Shown piece after piece: positions 1 through 9,224 of a DNA stretch of 39,217 bases (positions within the stretch are counted from its first letter, which is position 1; every line of letters begins with the position of its first letter). The notes beneath the pieces are model-generated. The model did not search any database. It saw nothing but the letters and a program-made list of their open reading frames with translations, and had not been told where the DNA came from. The stretch is from the IMG/VR virus record IMGVR_UViG_2684623171_000001, one strand, 5' to 3'. The position numbers and the translations under genes were made by a program. This DNA is from a virus. Taxonomy: Duplodnaviria > Heunggongvirae > Uroviricota > Caudoviricetes.

Positions 1-531
1 CTAACCCGCTTTAGATTCTACCGGATTTGATTGCCTACTTGTCTCGGTTTTTTCCAAAATCTCTCTGACGCAATCGTCTGGCATATCTACAATCATCAAC
101 GCAGCCAGGCGCTTCCTGCCTTCTAGTTGTAATAAATCCTGGTTTTCTTTATCCAGCAGTGTCAGAACCGTCTCTACACCTTTGCGAGCAAGGAGATTGG
201 TTAACTGTTCTCGTTCGTCTTTCGTAAGGAATGAAAGCATCTGTGTAAGTTGATCTCCCTTATCACCAGAACAACCAAAATTACCACAAATACCAACATC
301 GTTTGGTGATTCACCCTTGCCCTCTTTAAGCCACTCAAGACTAACTCCTTCACTTTCAGAAATTCGTATAAGGATACTTTCTCTGGGGGCTGGTTGTGTT
401 TGTCCTCCCTTGAAATAGCTGTTTAATGTGTTGATATTGATTCCCCACGCTCTGGCAGCTGCACTTCTTGAAGGGTAGCGCTTTGTAAGCATTCCAATAC
501 GTTCAATAACAGGTTCTTTTCCCTGCGACAT
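1..531 (-). CDS. Mu c-type repressor, probably truncated at its C-terminus by the window edge
   Basis: Leftward ORF divergent from ner/A/B; AAGAGG RBS 8 nt upstream of the Met at 531 (MSQGKEP...); reading frame is open to position 1; position and size like Mu c. Confidence 0.6.
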   Translation of the reverse strand: MSQGKEPVIERIGMLTKRYPSRSAAARAWGININTLNSYFKGGQTQPAPRESILIRISESEGVSLEWLKEGKGESPNDVGICGNFGCSGDKGDQLTQMLSFLTKDEREQLTNLLARKGVETVLTLLDKENQDLLQLEGRKRLAALMIVDMPDDCVREILEKTETSRQSNPVESKAG

Positions 532-606
532 AAAGATACCTCTTGGTGCTTTTCTAAGGAAAGGTTTCTTTCTATTTATCCAATTGAAAAATAAGGATAA
601 AAGCAA

Positions 607-721
607 AAATTAGCCAAAATACCAAAAATACCTTGATTTGGTATTTTTGGTGATGCATTATTTACCCGTGCAGATATCCGCACGAATATCCGCGCGGGTA
701 ACTTTTTAGAATAGAGGAAGT
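607..721. promoter_or_regulatory. Divergent early promoter and operator region between the repressor and ner
   Basis: Perfect 12-bp inverted repeat ACCAAAAATACC (621-632) / GGTATTTTTGGT (640-651), an extra direct copy CCAAAATACC just upstream, and a second element TTACCCG..ATATCCGC..ATATCCGC..CGGGTAA (662-703). Confidence 0.5.
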
Positions 722-970
722 ATGAGTAGAAGAGAAGTTTCAGATCACGATTGGCCGCCTGAAATCATCAAGGCGCGCTTACACATGGCTGGCTTATCAC
801 TGCGCTCTTTATCTTTAAAGGCTGGTTACAGCAGGGATTCGCTGAAAAGCGTATTACGTACTCCTTGCCGACCGTATCAGCAAATAATTGCTGATGCTCT
901 TGGGGTATCGCCTGAAGAAATCTGGCCCAGTAGATACCAGGTTAAGAGCTATATGAGAAAGGCGTCATGA
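722..970 (+). CDS. ner: Ner-like DNA-binding regulator (Ner/Nlp family)
   Basis: 82 aa, first rightward gene after the operator region; the C-terminal motif EEIWPSRYQ closely matches Mu Ner as I recall it. Confidence 0.8.
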   Translation: MSRREVSDHDWPPEIIKARLHMAGLSLRSLSLKAGYSRDSLKSVLRTPCRPYQQIIADALGVSPEEIWPSRYQVKSYMRKAS

Positions 971-971
971 T

Positions 972-3062
972 ATGTATGTCATTGCAAAAGAACTGATTGG
1001 CGCGCCCGGAATGCCTGCTACAACAAAAGGTATTCGCCAGGCATTACAACGTTACGTACAAGGGAAAAGCTGTTGTTCCCGTCGTCGCTCAGGCTCTAAA
1101 GCAACTGAATACAGCATCGACTGTTTACCTGAAGTGACGCAGCAGGCATTACGTGAACGTTATGCCCTGCAACTGATGACGCAAAAAGCCGATGAATCAC
1201 CGGCTCCGGTGGTGACAAAGGCCAGACGCTCATCTGACGTGGTTGATGCGGTGGAGGCATATCGCGGATCACCACAACTGATGGTCGAACGCCTCAATGC
1301 CCTGACTGAAAACCAGCGCCAGGTGGCTGATGCACGAATCGCGATCGTCAGCGAAGTGATGAAAGTCGCGCAACAACCCGGTTTCAGCTGCGCGAAGGCT
1401 ATCCGGTTTATCGTTGACAACCTGGCACGTTCACAGCTGGACGAGCGCATTGTGGCAATGGTTGAGACGGCGAACGCCAAAAAGGGAAACAGCCGTGCGT
1501 TGAGTGAAATCACGCTGAAGCGATGGATTGCGGCCTTTAACAAGGCACAGAACGCCGCTGAACGCCTGCTTTTACTGGCACCGGGTAAACGCCAGGAAAT
1601 AAAAGCCGAAGATATTAACTGGCTGCCCGAATTTCTGGCGCAGTATCGCCAGTCAAACGGCCGACCAATGACCGAGGCTTACGAGGATTTTGTCGCTGAA
1701 TGGCAGCACCGGCACGCTGATGAGCCTTATATGCTCGATATCATGCCGTCTTATGACACCATTCGCCGCGCAATGAAGAAACTGCCGGAAGTGGTGAAAC
1801 AAAAAGGCCGGGTGACCGGCAGTGAATACCGCCAGCTTGAGGGATTCACGCGCCGCGACTGGTCCAGAATGCCGGTGAATTATGTCTGGATTGGTGACGG
1901 TCACGGCATGAAGCTGAAATGCGCACACCCGGTTCACGGTCGGCCATTTGCACCGGAAGTGACCTTTGTTATCGACGGTGGCACGCGCTTTGTGGTGGGC
2001 TGGAGCCTTGACCTGGCTGAAAATGTTTTCGCCGTAGCCGGTGCCATACAGCACGGCATTCGCCATCACGGCAAACCGTTTCTGTATTACTCGGATAACG
2101 GCTCCGGGGAAACCGCCGACATCCTGGATAAGGAGGTTGTGGGGATACTGCCGCGACTGGGGATTAATCACCCGACCGGGATTGCCGGTAATCCGCAGGG
2201 ACGAGGCATTATCGAACGGCTTAACCGCACATTACCGATGCGCATAGCCCGTAAATACCGCACCTATTTCGGGAAAGGTGCAGATCGCGAGACGTTACGC
2301 AAAACCAACCGCGATTTACGCTCGGCATTTACTGCCCTGCAACAGGGCAAACGGCTGAACGCCCGGCAGCAGTCAGCGATGCGTGATTTACCGTCCTGGT
2401 CTGAACTGATTGATGCCATTCGTGATGGTGTTGAGTGGTACAACAACCGGCCGCACGATGAATTACCGGTGAAGCCGAACGGCAAGCATTACAGCCCGGC
2501 GGAGTTCAGAAAAAAACGCCTGGCGGAAGAGGACACGGAAATTGAATGGCTGTCCGATGTGGAATTGCGGGACATGTTCCGGCCGATGGTGGAACGCCCT
2601 GTAAGACGCTGTGAAATACGCTGGCTGAATAATATTTACTACGCGCCCGAGCTGCGTGATGAGCATGGCCGCAAGGTGCTTATCAGCTATGACATTCATG
2701 ATGCCGAACGAATTACCGTACGTCGCCTGGATGGCAGCGTGATTTGCGAGGCGGTATGGGACGGTAATAAACGCGAAGCCTTCCCGGTTAGCGCGGAATA
2801 CTACAAACAGCAGCAACGCCTTAAAGGCATGCGTAAACGCGCAGAGGAAAAAATCCGTGATGCCGAGGATGAGGTTGTCAACGTGCTGGAGCACAAGCCG
2901 CAGGAGCCCTGGCTGGAAAACATCTATCGCCCGGTAGGTAATACGGTGGCCGTTCAGCAACCTGCCATTGATGATGAGCCTGATGAAGAATACGAGCGCA
3001 ATTTCCAGCGGGGATTGCAGTTGCTCGAAGCGAAATTAAAAGAAAATGACCCGCTGGCCTGA
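972..3062 (+). CDS. A: MuA-type DDE transposase
   Basis: 696 aa immediately after ner and before the B ATPase; size and position match Mu A. Confidence 0.85.
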   Translation: MYVIAKELIGAPGMPATTKGIRQALQRYVQGKSCCSRRRSGSKATEYSIDCLPEVTQQALRERYALQLMTQKADESPAPVVTKARRSSDVVDAVEAYRGSPQLMVERLNALTENQRQVADARIAIVSEVMKVAQQPGFSCAKAIRFIVDNLARSQLDERIVAMVETANAKKGNSRALSEITLKRWIAAFNKAQNAAERLLLLAPGKRQEIKAEDINWLPEFLAQYRQSNGRPMTEAYEDFVAEWQHRHADEPYMLDIMPSYDTIRRAMKKLPEVVKQKGRVTGSEYRQLEGFTRRDWSRMPVNYVWIGDGHGMKLKCAHPVHGRPFAPEVTFVIDGGTRFVVGWSLDLAENVFAVAGAIQHGIRHHGKPFLYYSDNGSGETADILDKEVVGILPRLGINHPTGIAGNPQGRGIIERLNRTLPMRIARKYRTYFGKGADRETLRKTNRDLRSAFTALQQGKRLNARQQSAMRDLPSWSELIDAIRDGVEWYNNRPHDELPVKPNGKHYSPAEFRKKRLAEEDTEIEWLSDVELRDMFRPMVERPVRRCEIRWLNNIYYAPELRDEHGRKVLISYDIHDAERITVRRLDGSVICEAVWDGNKREAFPVSAEYYKQQQRLKGMRKRAEEKIRDAEDEVVNVLEHKPQEPWLENIYRPVGNTVAVQQPAIDDEPDEEYERNFQRGLQLLEAKLKENDPLA

Positions 3063-3132
3063 AATAAAAAATAACCCGAGCGGCGACTCAGGTTATTTGA
3101 TTAAACAAGGTATCAAATGAGAGGTTAATAAT

Positions 3133-4065
3133 ATGACTGATATTAACGATGTAATCAAGACCATTGATGAACTTATTGATGGCGGCGTACTGACGCAGTA
3201 TGCCATCGCCAGAGAGGCGGGAATTTCCGACGGCACATTATCGGCTTTCCGCAAGGGGAAATATAAAGGCGATAACGCCGCTGTGGCTGCTTCCCTGCGT
3301 TCCTGGTATGAGAACTGGAATAAACAAAGCGCACTGCCGGAACCGCCGCAGTTTGTGGAAACGCAGACAGTTCAGGAGCTGCGCGCACTGTTTCAGGCGG
3401 TTCGCCTGATGGGCTGTATTAACGTCATTGTGGGCGTGCCGGGGGTAGGTAAAACGGCCACCGCCCGTAATTACTGCCAGGAGCAACCAAACACCTGGAT
3501 GATCACCCTGTCACCCGCGCACTCCAGCGTCACGGAGTGTCTGCTGGAGCTGGCCGATGCGCTGGGGATTGATTACACCCGCGCGAACAAAGGGGCATTA
3601 TCCCGCGCCATCCGCCGTCGCCTGATGGGAACGCGTGGACTGGTGATTGTGGATGAGGCGGATCATCTTGGTATTGACGGTCTGGAGCAACTCCGGGCAA
3701 TTCAGGACGCCACGGGGATCGGGATGGTGCTTATTGGTAACCCGCGCGGATTGTTTAAAGGTGGACGCCGCGCCTTTGATGATTTATCGCGCCTGTTCAG
3801 CCGTCTTGCCCGTACAAAACAACTTCGCAAGGCCAAAAAGGCGGATGTGCTGGCCATTGCCAGGGCATGGGGTATCAGTGGTGAGGCCGAGCTGGCCGTC
3901 ATGCAGGCTATCGCTGAAAAGCCGGGAGCGTTACGCGTTCTGACACATACGCTTAACCAGGCGTGGCTCACCGCCAGCGGTGAAGGTGCGGCGCTGACAG
4001 AAAAACATATTAATGCGGCCTTTAAAGAGGTTTATACCAACCCTGAATTACTCTCACAGGTGTGA
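3133..4065 (+). CDS. B: MuB-type AAA+ ATPase, transposition target-DNA activator
   Basis: 310 aa; Walker A GVPGVGKT and Walker B VIVDEADHL; follows the transposase as in Mu. Confidence 0.85.
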   Translation: MTDINDVIKTIDELIDGGVLTQYAIAREAGISDGTLSAFRKGKYKGDNAAVAASLRSWYENWNKQSALPEPPQFVETQTVQELRALFQAVRLMGCINVIVGVPGVGKTATARNYCQEQPNTWMITLSPAHSSVTECLLELADALGIDYTRANKGALSRAIRRRLMGTRGLVIVDEADHLGIDGLEQLRAIQDATGIGMVLIGNPRGLFKGGRRAFDDLSRLFSRLARTKQLRKAKKADVLAIARAWGISGEAELAVMQAIAEKPGALRVLTHTLNQAWLTASGEGAALTEKHINAAFKEVYTNPELLSQV

Positions 4066-4289
4066 TTATGGCGGTATTTTATATTCCTGATATTTACGGA
4101 CGCTTTTACCTGGTTAATTTCGATAACGTGAAGGTGATTTCACTGGCCGAAAATAAAGAATGTGGCGATTTACTTTTTGAATTTAATGACCGCACACGAA
4201 TGGTGATATCTGCCGGACTTGATCGCGAAGGTGCGACAGACGTTTACAGCGGAATATGCCGTTCTGTTGGTGCGAAACAAGTCAGCTAA
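4062..4289 (+). CDS. Small protein in the kil position (Kil-like)
   Basis: 75 aa, start overlaps the B stop; position matches Mu kil; no motif confirmation. Confidence 0.45.
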   Translation: MIMAVFYIPDIYGRFYLVNFDNVKVISLAENKECGDLLFEFNDRTRMVISAGLDREGATDVYSGICRSVGAKQVS

Positions 4290-4556
4290 ATGAGGTGTTA
4301 TATGAATATGCAATCCTGCGGTAACAAAATGAATTTATTCGACTCCCTGAACAGCGCGCGCCGTCTGACCGAACTTGCCGGTGCGGTACTGGAACGCAGT
4401 AAGCGCTACCCACAACGTTTTGCACTGAAAACCACGCCGCCGGTAGGCAACGTGCAGGGAACCGGTGAAATTGAAATCACCATACAGACCAACGGCCTGC
4501 GCCGCCGTGTGAAGGCCACCCGCATCAGCGGCTGCACGGTTTACTGGGAGGTGTGA
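4290..4556 (+). CDS. Hypothetical early-region protein
   Basis: 88-aa ORF tightly packed in the rightward early operon; start codon uncertain. Confidence 0.4.
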   Translation: MRCYMNMQSCGNKMNLFDSLNSARRLTELAGAVLERSKRYPQRFALKTTPPVGNVQGTGEIEITIQTNGLRRRVKATRISGCTVYWEV

Positions 4557-4557
4557 G

Positions 4558-4839
4558 GTGAAAAAAAATCTCATTGCATGGGCGTGGTCGAGTGGTCTTA
4601 TTGAGTTTGGTTACGTCCTGCCGGAAGGTGCATTGCCGATAGTTGCCGGAAAGCCTGCCACGGTACGGCATGTGATTGAGGTTATGGCGCGTCATGGACG
4701 TGATGAACAGGAGCAGTTACTGGTTCCGGGGATACCGGAAGCGGTGACGGAGGAAGAAGCCTTTAATGCCATGATTCGGTTCTGCCGTGAGGTCAGACGC
4801 CGGGTCAGTTATCCAAACAGAACGAGGACCAGAGGGTGA
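4558..4839 (+). CDS. Hypothetical early-region protein
   Basis: 93-aa ORF, start 2 nt after the previous stop; its stop overlaps the next GTG start (GTGA). Confidence 0.4.
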   Translation: MKKNLIAWAWSSGLIEFGYVLPEGALPIVAGKPATVRHVIEVMARHGRDEQEQLLVPGIPEAVTEEEAFNAMIRFCREVRRRVSYPNRTRTRG

Positions 4840-5108
4840 GTAAAGTCGTACGCATTATTTTCGAATACAAGGAGCACGTTATCCATAAAAACGCTGATGG
4901 AACAGTGCGCATGGGGGTAAGTCTGGACATACGTTCAACCGGGATAAAGCAGAAAGGTGATGGACCCGCCATGATTTTTGGGGTGGTTATGCTCGCGGAA
5001 AGCAGAGACTTTGCTGAACTTGTGGCAATGAAAGCCAGTGCGCTCATGAAAGATATGAGCATGCGTTCCGGGGTTATTAAAGGTAATGAATTTAATCAGC
5101 AGGGGTAA
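4836..5108 (+). CDS. Hypothetical small protein, paralog 1 of a tandem pair
   Basis: GTG start; N-terminus MSKVVRIIFEYKEHVIHKN resembles the start of the next ORF. Confidence 0.45.
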   Translation: MSKVVRIIFEYKEHVIHKNADGTVRMGVSLDIRSTGIKQKGDGPAMIFGVVMLAESRDFAELVAMKASALMKDMSMRSGVIKGNEFNQQG

Positions 5109-5112
5109 TTCC

Positions 5113-5406
5113 ATGAGCAAAGTACGCGTTATTTTTGAATTTAAGCATGTTTCGCATGACGAAAAACCGGCAGGCAATGACTGTGTTGAAGTGCATGAAA
5201 AGATTGGTGTGGATGTAAAAACAGAACGTGATACGAATAACAGGCCGACGTCACTCTGTGACGTTTATGCAAGTATTCTCCAGTATCACAGCCCTGAAAT
5301 TATTCAGTTTCTCTCAGCGGAATTTCAGGCATCTGTACAGGCTTTTGGGGCGGATGCCATCATTAAACGCCACCGCGTGCATAAAGCATCAGGCACACTG
5401 CAATAA
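5113..5406 (+). CDS. Hypothetical small protein, paralog 2 of a tandem pair
   Basis: ATG at 5113 with AGGGG RBS; N-terminus MSKVRVIFEFKHVSH similar to the preceding ORF; the track's upstream start at 5086 is less likely. Confidence 0.45.
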   Translation: MSKVRVIFEFKHVSHDEKPAGNDCVEVHEKIGVDVKTERDTNNRPTSLCDVYASILQYHSPEIIQFLSAEFQASVQAFGADAIIKRHRVHKASGTLQ

Positions 5407-5417
5407 GGAAAAACAAA

Positions 5418-5948
5418 ATGGCAAAACGCGTTACAAAATTAAAGGCCGCAGCAGAGGCGGCACCGCAGACCCGTGAAGAGGTCAGCCGCGATATCCGCAC
5501 CCTGGGCGATATTCAGCGAGAGGCGCTGCGCCTGGAAACAGCGATGAATGATGAAGTGGCAGAAATCACCGCCCGTTATACGCCGCAGATTGAAAACCTT
5601 AAAAAAGAAATCAAAGTGCTTTTTAAGGGGATTCAGGACTGGTGCAAAACCAACCGTGATGAGCTGACGAACGGCGGCAAAACCAAAACTGCCAATCTGA
5701 CCACCGGAACGGTGTCATGGCGACTGGGGAATCCATCATGCAGCGTCAGTCGTGATGTGGAAGGTGTGATTGAAATGCTGCGCCGTATGGGCCTTGAGCG
5801 TTTTATCCGCACGAAAGAGGAAGTGAACAAGGAAGCGGTCCTGGCGGAGCCGGATGCGGTGAAAGGGATTGCCGGTATTAAGGTGAATAAAGGCGCTGAA
5901 AGTTTTTATGTCGAGCCTTTTGAACAGGACGCCGGACTGAATAAATAA
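5418..5948 (+). CDS. gam: Gam-like host-nuclease inhibitor (DNA-end binding)
   Basis: 176 aa; size and position match Mu Gam; lysine-rich coiled-coil-like N-terminal half. Confidence 0.75.
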   Translation: MAKRVTKLKAAAEAAPQTREEVSRDIRTLGDIQREALRLETAMNDEVAEITARYTPQIENLKKEIKVLFKGIQDWCKTNRDELTNGGKTKTANLTTGTVSWRLGNPSCSVSRDVEGVIEMLRRMGLERFIRTKEEVNKEAVLAEPDAVKGIAGIKVNKGAESFYVEPFEQDAGLNK

Positions 5949-6045
5949 CACCGCATTAATCAATTAAATATCACTTCGTTTTAATTATGGCGCTCGCGTC
6001 AGGGGACTGCCTGCGCCTGTAAACTGAAAATAAGGAACAGGATAT

Positions 6046-6588
6046 ATGGCATATTTTTATTTCAAATTAGACCGTGTGCAGACAAATAAATATTTCACCA
6101 AATATCAACAGACTGTTTTACCGCTACGCAACAGTATTCTTCGGGCATTACTGAAAAATACAGGCGCTGCCGGATTGCGCTTAAAGCCGTTTGCCATGGA
6201 CGTAATCAGTGAGTTTTATTTTTCTGGTGCTCTGCCTGCGGGCTGGCGTAAGCGCGATGATGTGGCTTTTATCGGGGACGGACCGTGCTTTATTGCCAGA
6301 CCTGATGAGTCATGCCCTGAAGGTCCGGCGATTGCCGCAATGATTGAAACCGCTGAACGTGAGTTAAGAAAGCGTCCTGATTTCCTTGTCTGGCTCTGTG
6401 AAAAGCTGGGGGTAATGAGAATCCCCTCCATGTTTAACACGGACTCCTGGTGGACCCCGTCGCTCTCCCGTGATGCCCTGTGCGTGGTGTTTAAAGTAGG
6501 CGCTTATGGCAGGGAAATAAAAGGGTGTATTCCTGAAGAATGCCAGGAAATTAAACATTCTGAATATGTGGCGCTGACGGAGGAATAA
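6046..6588 (+). CDS. Hypothetical protein, accessory region
   Basis: 180-aa ORF in the gam-gemA variable region; no motif recognised. Confidence 0.45.
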   Translation: MAYFYFKLDRVQTNKYFTKYQQTVLPLRNSILRALLKNTGAAGLRLKPFAMDVISEFYFSGALPAGWRKRDDVAFIGDGPCFIARPDESCPEGPAIAAMIETAERELRKRPDFLVWLCEKLGVMRIPSMFNTDSWWTPSLSRDALCVVFKVGAYGREIKGCIPEECQEIKHSEYVALTEE

Positions 6589-6591
6589 TTC

Positions 6592-7125
6592 ATGATTGAT
6601 GCAAAAGTGCTTGAAGGGGTTAAAAACTGGCTGAGTATTTACGGGCGTCTGACCTGCGGCATTCTGGCTGAAAAAATGAATATGCCGCCATCCTCGATGG
6701 TTTATTTTTTGCGTGATGCGGTCGATGCCGGGGTGCTGACGGAATGTAACGGTTTTTATGATATTCCGCGTCCCCGCCCGGTGCAGCCGGTTCGTCGCAA
6801 ATGCAGCCAGGAAGGTGCGGCTGATGATGTTCAGTGGTGCAGCTTCAGAAAATCCCTGCCGTGGATTGAGGGGCATGATATTCCGTCGATGGCGTGGGAA
6901 TTTGCTCAGGGCGTACTGACCTGCGAAACCGTTTATGTGGTGGTTGAAGTTGATGAGCAGGCCATGAAAGAAGGCGTGCCCCAGTTTGTGATGGCGTATA
7001 TCGACATTCGCCTGGGTGTCATTATCTGCGGTTTAAGCGGCTGGAATATCACCGAACATGTTCTGCGTTACCTGATTGTTGACCGGACGGCTGCACCTGC
7101 CGGGATATCTGCGGAGGTGGCGTAA
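6592..7125 (+). CDS. Hypothetical protein, accessory region
   Basis: 177-aa ORF, start 4 nt after the previous stop. Confidence 0.45.
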   Translation: MIDAKVLEGVKNWLSIYGRLTCGILAEKMNMPPSSMVYFLRDAVDAGVLTECNGFYDIPRPRPVQPVRRKCSQEGAADDVQWCSFRKSLPWIEGHDIPSMAWEFAQGVLTCETVYVVVEVDEQAMKEGVPQFVMAYIDIRLGVIICGLSGWNITEHVLRYLIVDRTAAPAGISAEVA

Positions 7126-7640
7126 TGTTCTTTAAAACATCAAACCCTTCCGCGCTGGCCGCGTGGCAAAAATATCAGCAGGACTGCCAGAAAGTTAAGG
7201 ATGAGGCAAAACGCCTTGAGGCCGTGCTGAATGTTGCGTGCCGGTCGGTATTTGTATCCGGTATCAGTGGCTTTTGTTTTAAAGGGCTGCGCTTTATGGA
7301 TGACAAATATCCTTTTCATCGCGACTTATGGCGAAAACCGACTGCGTCGAATGGCTGGAGCTGCACACCGCGCACATCACGTATTCCCAAAGCCCTGCGC
7401 GTTGCCTCTGACGAACTTAACAGTCTGTGGCGTGAATATTCGCCCGTCACGTATGCCAGAACCGATGCACTGTTGTTCTGGCTGGGTATTGACTTCTCAG
7501 CAATATTGCATGGTCCCGTGAAGTGGTTCTGCGTTGACGATGTTATTTACCTTCAGTGCGAAGATGATTCCGCAAAACGGAAAATGACCGAAATTCTGTC
7601 TGATGAGTTTTATGCTGCCGAAAAGCGAGTCGGGGGGTGA
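7125..7640 (+). CDS. Hypothetical protein, accessory region
   Basis: 171-aa ORF, start overlaps the previous stop. Confidence 0.45.
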   Translation: MFFKTSNPSALAAWQKYQQDCQKVKDEAKRLEAVLNVACRSVFVSGISGFCFKGLRFMDDKYPFHRDLWRKPTASNGWSCTPRTSRIPKALRVASDELNSLWREYSPVTYARTDALLFWLGIDFSAILHGPVKWFCVDDVIYLQCEDDSAKRKMTEILSDEFYAAEKRVGG

Positions 7641-7643
7641 TGC

Positions 7644-8195
7644 ATGATGAAATTACAACCCATGGGGAGAAAAGGCCGTGCACCCGCTCATGTTCGCGCA
7701 TGGACACCTGAAGAAGATGCGCTGCTGATTGCGCTTTATCCATCCACCCCGGTTAAGGATATTGCTGTCAGGATAAAAAGAAGTTTCTGGGGTGTACATA
7801 ACCGGATTGTTTTATTACGCGGTACTTACCCGGAGTTGCTCAAATGCAAACGCCTCAGATTTAAACCTGATGAAGATAAATTTATCCGAAAAAATGCCAG
7901 GACGATGACCGGTAAGCAAATAGGAGAATATCTGGGGCGAGACCGGGATTCTGTCCACAATCGGGCGCGATATATTGGCGTAAGCATGAAAAAATACGGA
8001 GAATTACTGCCTTTTACCCGCATACCTGACGATGATGTTCATCTTATTCGTGAATTACGGGATGCTGAATCACCACGGCGTCTTACCTTTAGGGAAATCG
8101 GCGAGAAATTTGAATTATCCGAGGGCACGGTGAGTTTTATTTATCACCGTCGTCGGACTGCCGAAGATGTTGTATTACGGGAGTTAACGACATGA
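7644..8195 (+). CDS. Hypothetical DNA-binding protein with three tandem HTH-like repeats
   Basis: 183 aa; three ~45-aa repeats of the pattern P-E/D-E/D-D..LI...G....SV.NR; the last resembles a sigma-70 region 4 / LuxR-type HTH; first gene of an AT-richer block. Confidence 0.45.
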   Translation: MMKLQPMGRKGRAPAHVRAWTPEEDALLIALYPSTPVKDIAVRIKRSFWGVHNRIVLLRGTYPELLKCKRLRFKPDEDKFIRKNARTMTGKQIGEYLGRDRDSVHNRARYIGVSMKKYGELLPFTRIPDDDVHLIRELRDAESPRRLTFREIGEKFELSEGTVSFIYHRRRTAEDVVLRELTT

Positions 8196-8377
8196 TAAGG
8201 AGACTTGTTTTTTTCGCAATTATCGTTCCTGTGTGGGGGGTTGGTTTTATATTTGCGGTTACAGGAAATCTGTCCATGATGCCGGATATATGGTTCTTTA
8301 TCAGGATGTCGCTCTTCCTGTTTATTATGAATCTTCTTATCGACATATATATCCGTATTACTGGAAAACATAAATGA
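8192..8377 (+). CDS. Small hydrophobic (membrane) protein
   Basis: 61 aa, almost entirely hydrophobic, AT-rich codons; overlaps the neighbouring stop and start. Confidence 0.35.
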   Translation: MIRRLVFFAIIVPVWGVGFIFAVTGNLSMMPDIWFFIRMSLFLFIMNLLIDIYIRITGKHK

Positions 8378-8748
8378 GAAAAATCACGACCTTGTCAGAG
8401 TTACAGGAGATGAATATGAGTATTGAATTAAGATCGTCTTATGAATATCGTAAAATTCTCATCGCCGGAGGCATGAAACCGGAAGATGCAGAAAAAATCG
8501 TTTCTTTTATGGATAAAGAATGTGACAAACGGGATATGCCAGAAATTATTATGGATGACATGATTCTGGATTCAGCCGTGGCGTTAAGTCCGTTATGGAT
8601 TGTGCATTCTCTTGCTGAAATTGCCAAAGGCACCGATAAACAGGCAGCTGTTGCTGCCCTTCAGACGCTTAATGAAATGCGTATATCTCCACGCCCGACA
8701 TTAATACATATGATTCTGTCCAGCATGGAGGATAAAGCAAATGAATAG
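8374..8748 (+). CDS. Hypothetical protein
   Basis: 124-aa ORF in the AT-rich block; no motif recognised. Confidence 0.4.
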   Translation: MRKITTLSELQEMNMSIELRSSYEYRKILIAGGMKPEDAEKIVSFMDKECDKRDMPEIIMDDMILDSAVALSPLWIVHSLAEIAKGTDKQAAVAALQTLNEMRISPRPTLIHMILSSMEDKANE

Positions 8749-8938
8749 TCTACCCGCTGGATGGGCGCGGCCACTAATGGCCAGGAAGCATCATTTTTTT
8801 AAAACAGGCGAAAATATCAGTATATGTGGACGGTGGTTATATCTGGCTCATAATCGCGAGCCGGATACATTTGAAAGCCCTGATGACTGTGCCGAATGCC
8901 GCAGAAGAGTGAATAAGGAGAAAGATAATGGACAATAG
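8741..8938 (+). CDS. Small cysteine-containing protein, possible zinc ribbon
   Basis: 65 aa with C..C...CxxC spacing (ICGRW....DCAEC). Confidence 0.35.
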   Translation: MNSLPAGWARPLMARKHHFFKTGENISICGRWLYLAHNREPDTFESPDDCAECRRRVNKEKDNGQ

Positions 8939-9224
8939 TTCTCTGTTGTTCTGGTGCTTATATATCACATCCTTTTTCGGCGCATTTGTTATTACCCGGT
9001 GGTTATGTCGAAAAATCATCTGCTTTTTTGATAAAAGACATCCGGTTGAACGGGCGGCTGATGCGCTCATTCAGCAGGCCATTGTGTTATATAGCGGTGA
9101 GTTTTTCTGCCGGATAACAACCAGAGATGGCTGGCACATAATGATTATTCCACCAACACACCATGCCCGGTGGGATGAGGCAGAAAAGGCTTTCCATGTC
9201 CGTAAAAAGGTAAATACGGTATGA
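8928..9224 (+). CDS. Hypothetical protein
   Basis: 98-aa ORF overlapping its neighbours by a few nt. Confidence 0.35.
   Translation: MDNSSLLFWCLYITSFFGAFVITRWLCRKIICFFDKRHPVERAADALIQQAIVLYSGEFFCRITTRDGWHIMIIPPTHHARWDEAEKAFHVRKKVNTV

Noticed and set aside
3647-3971. Small ORFs embedded within B on both strands (3647-3943 plus, 3702-3971 minus)
   Set aside because: They fall wholly within the Walker-motif-containing B reading frame and have Arg/Ser/Cys-rich composition typical of out-of-frame translation of GC-rich DNA.
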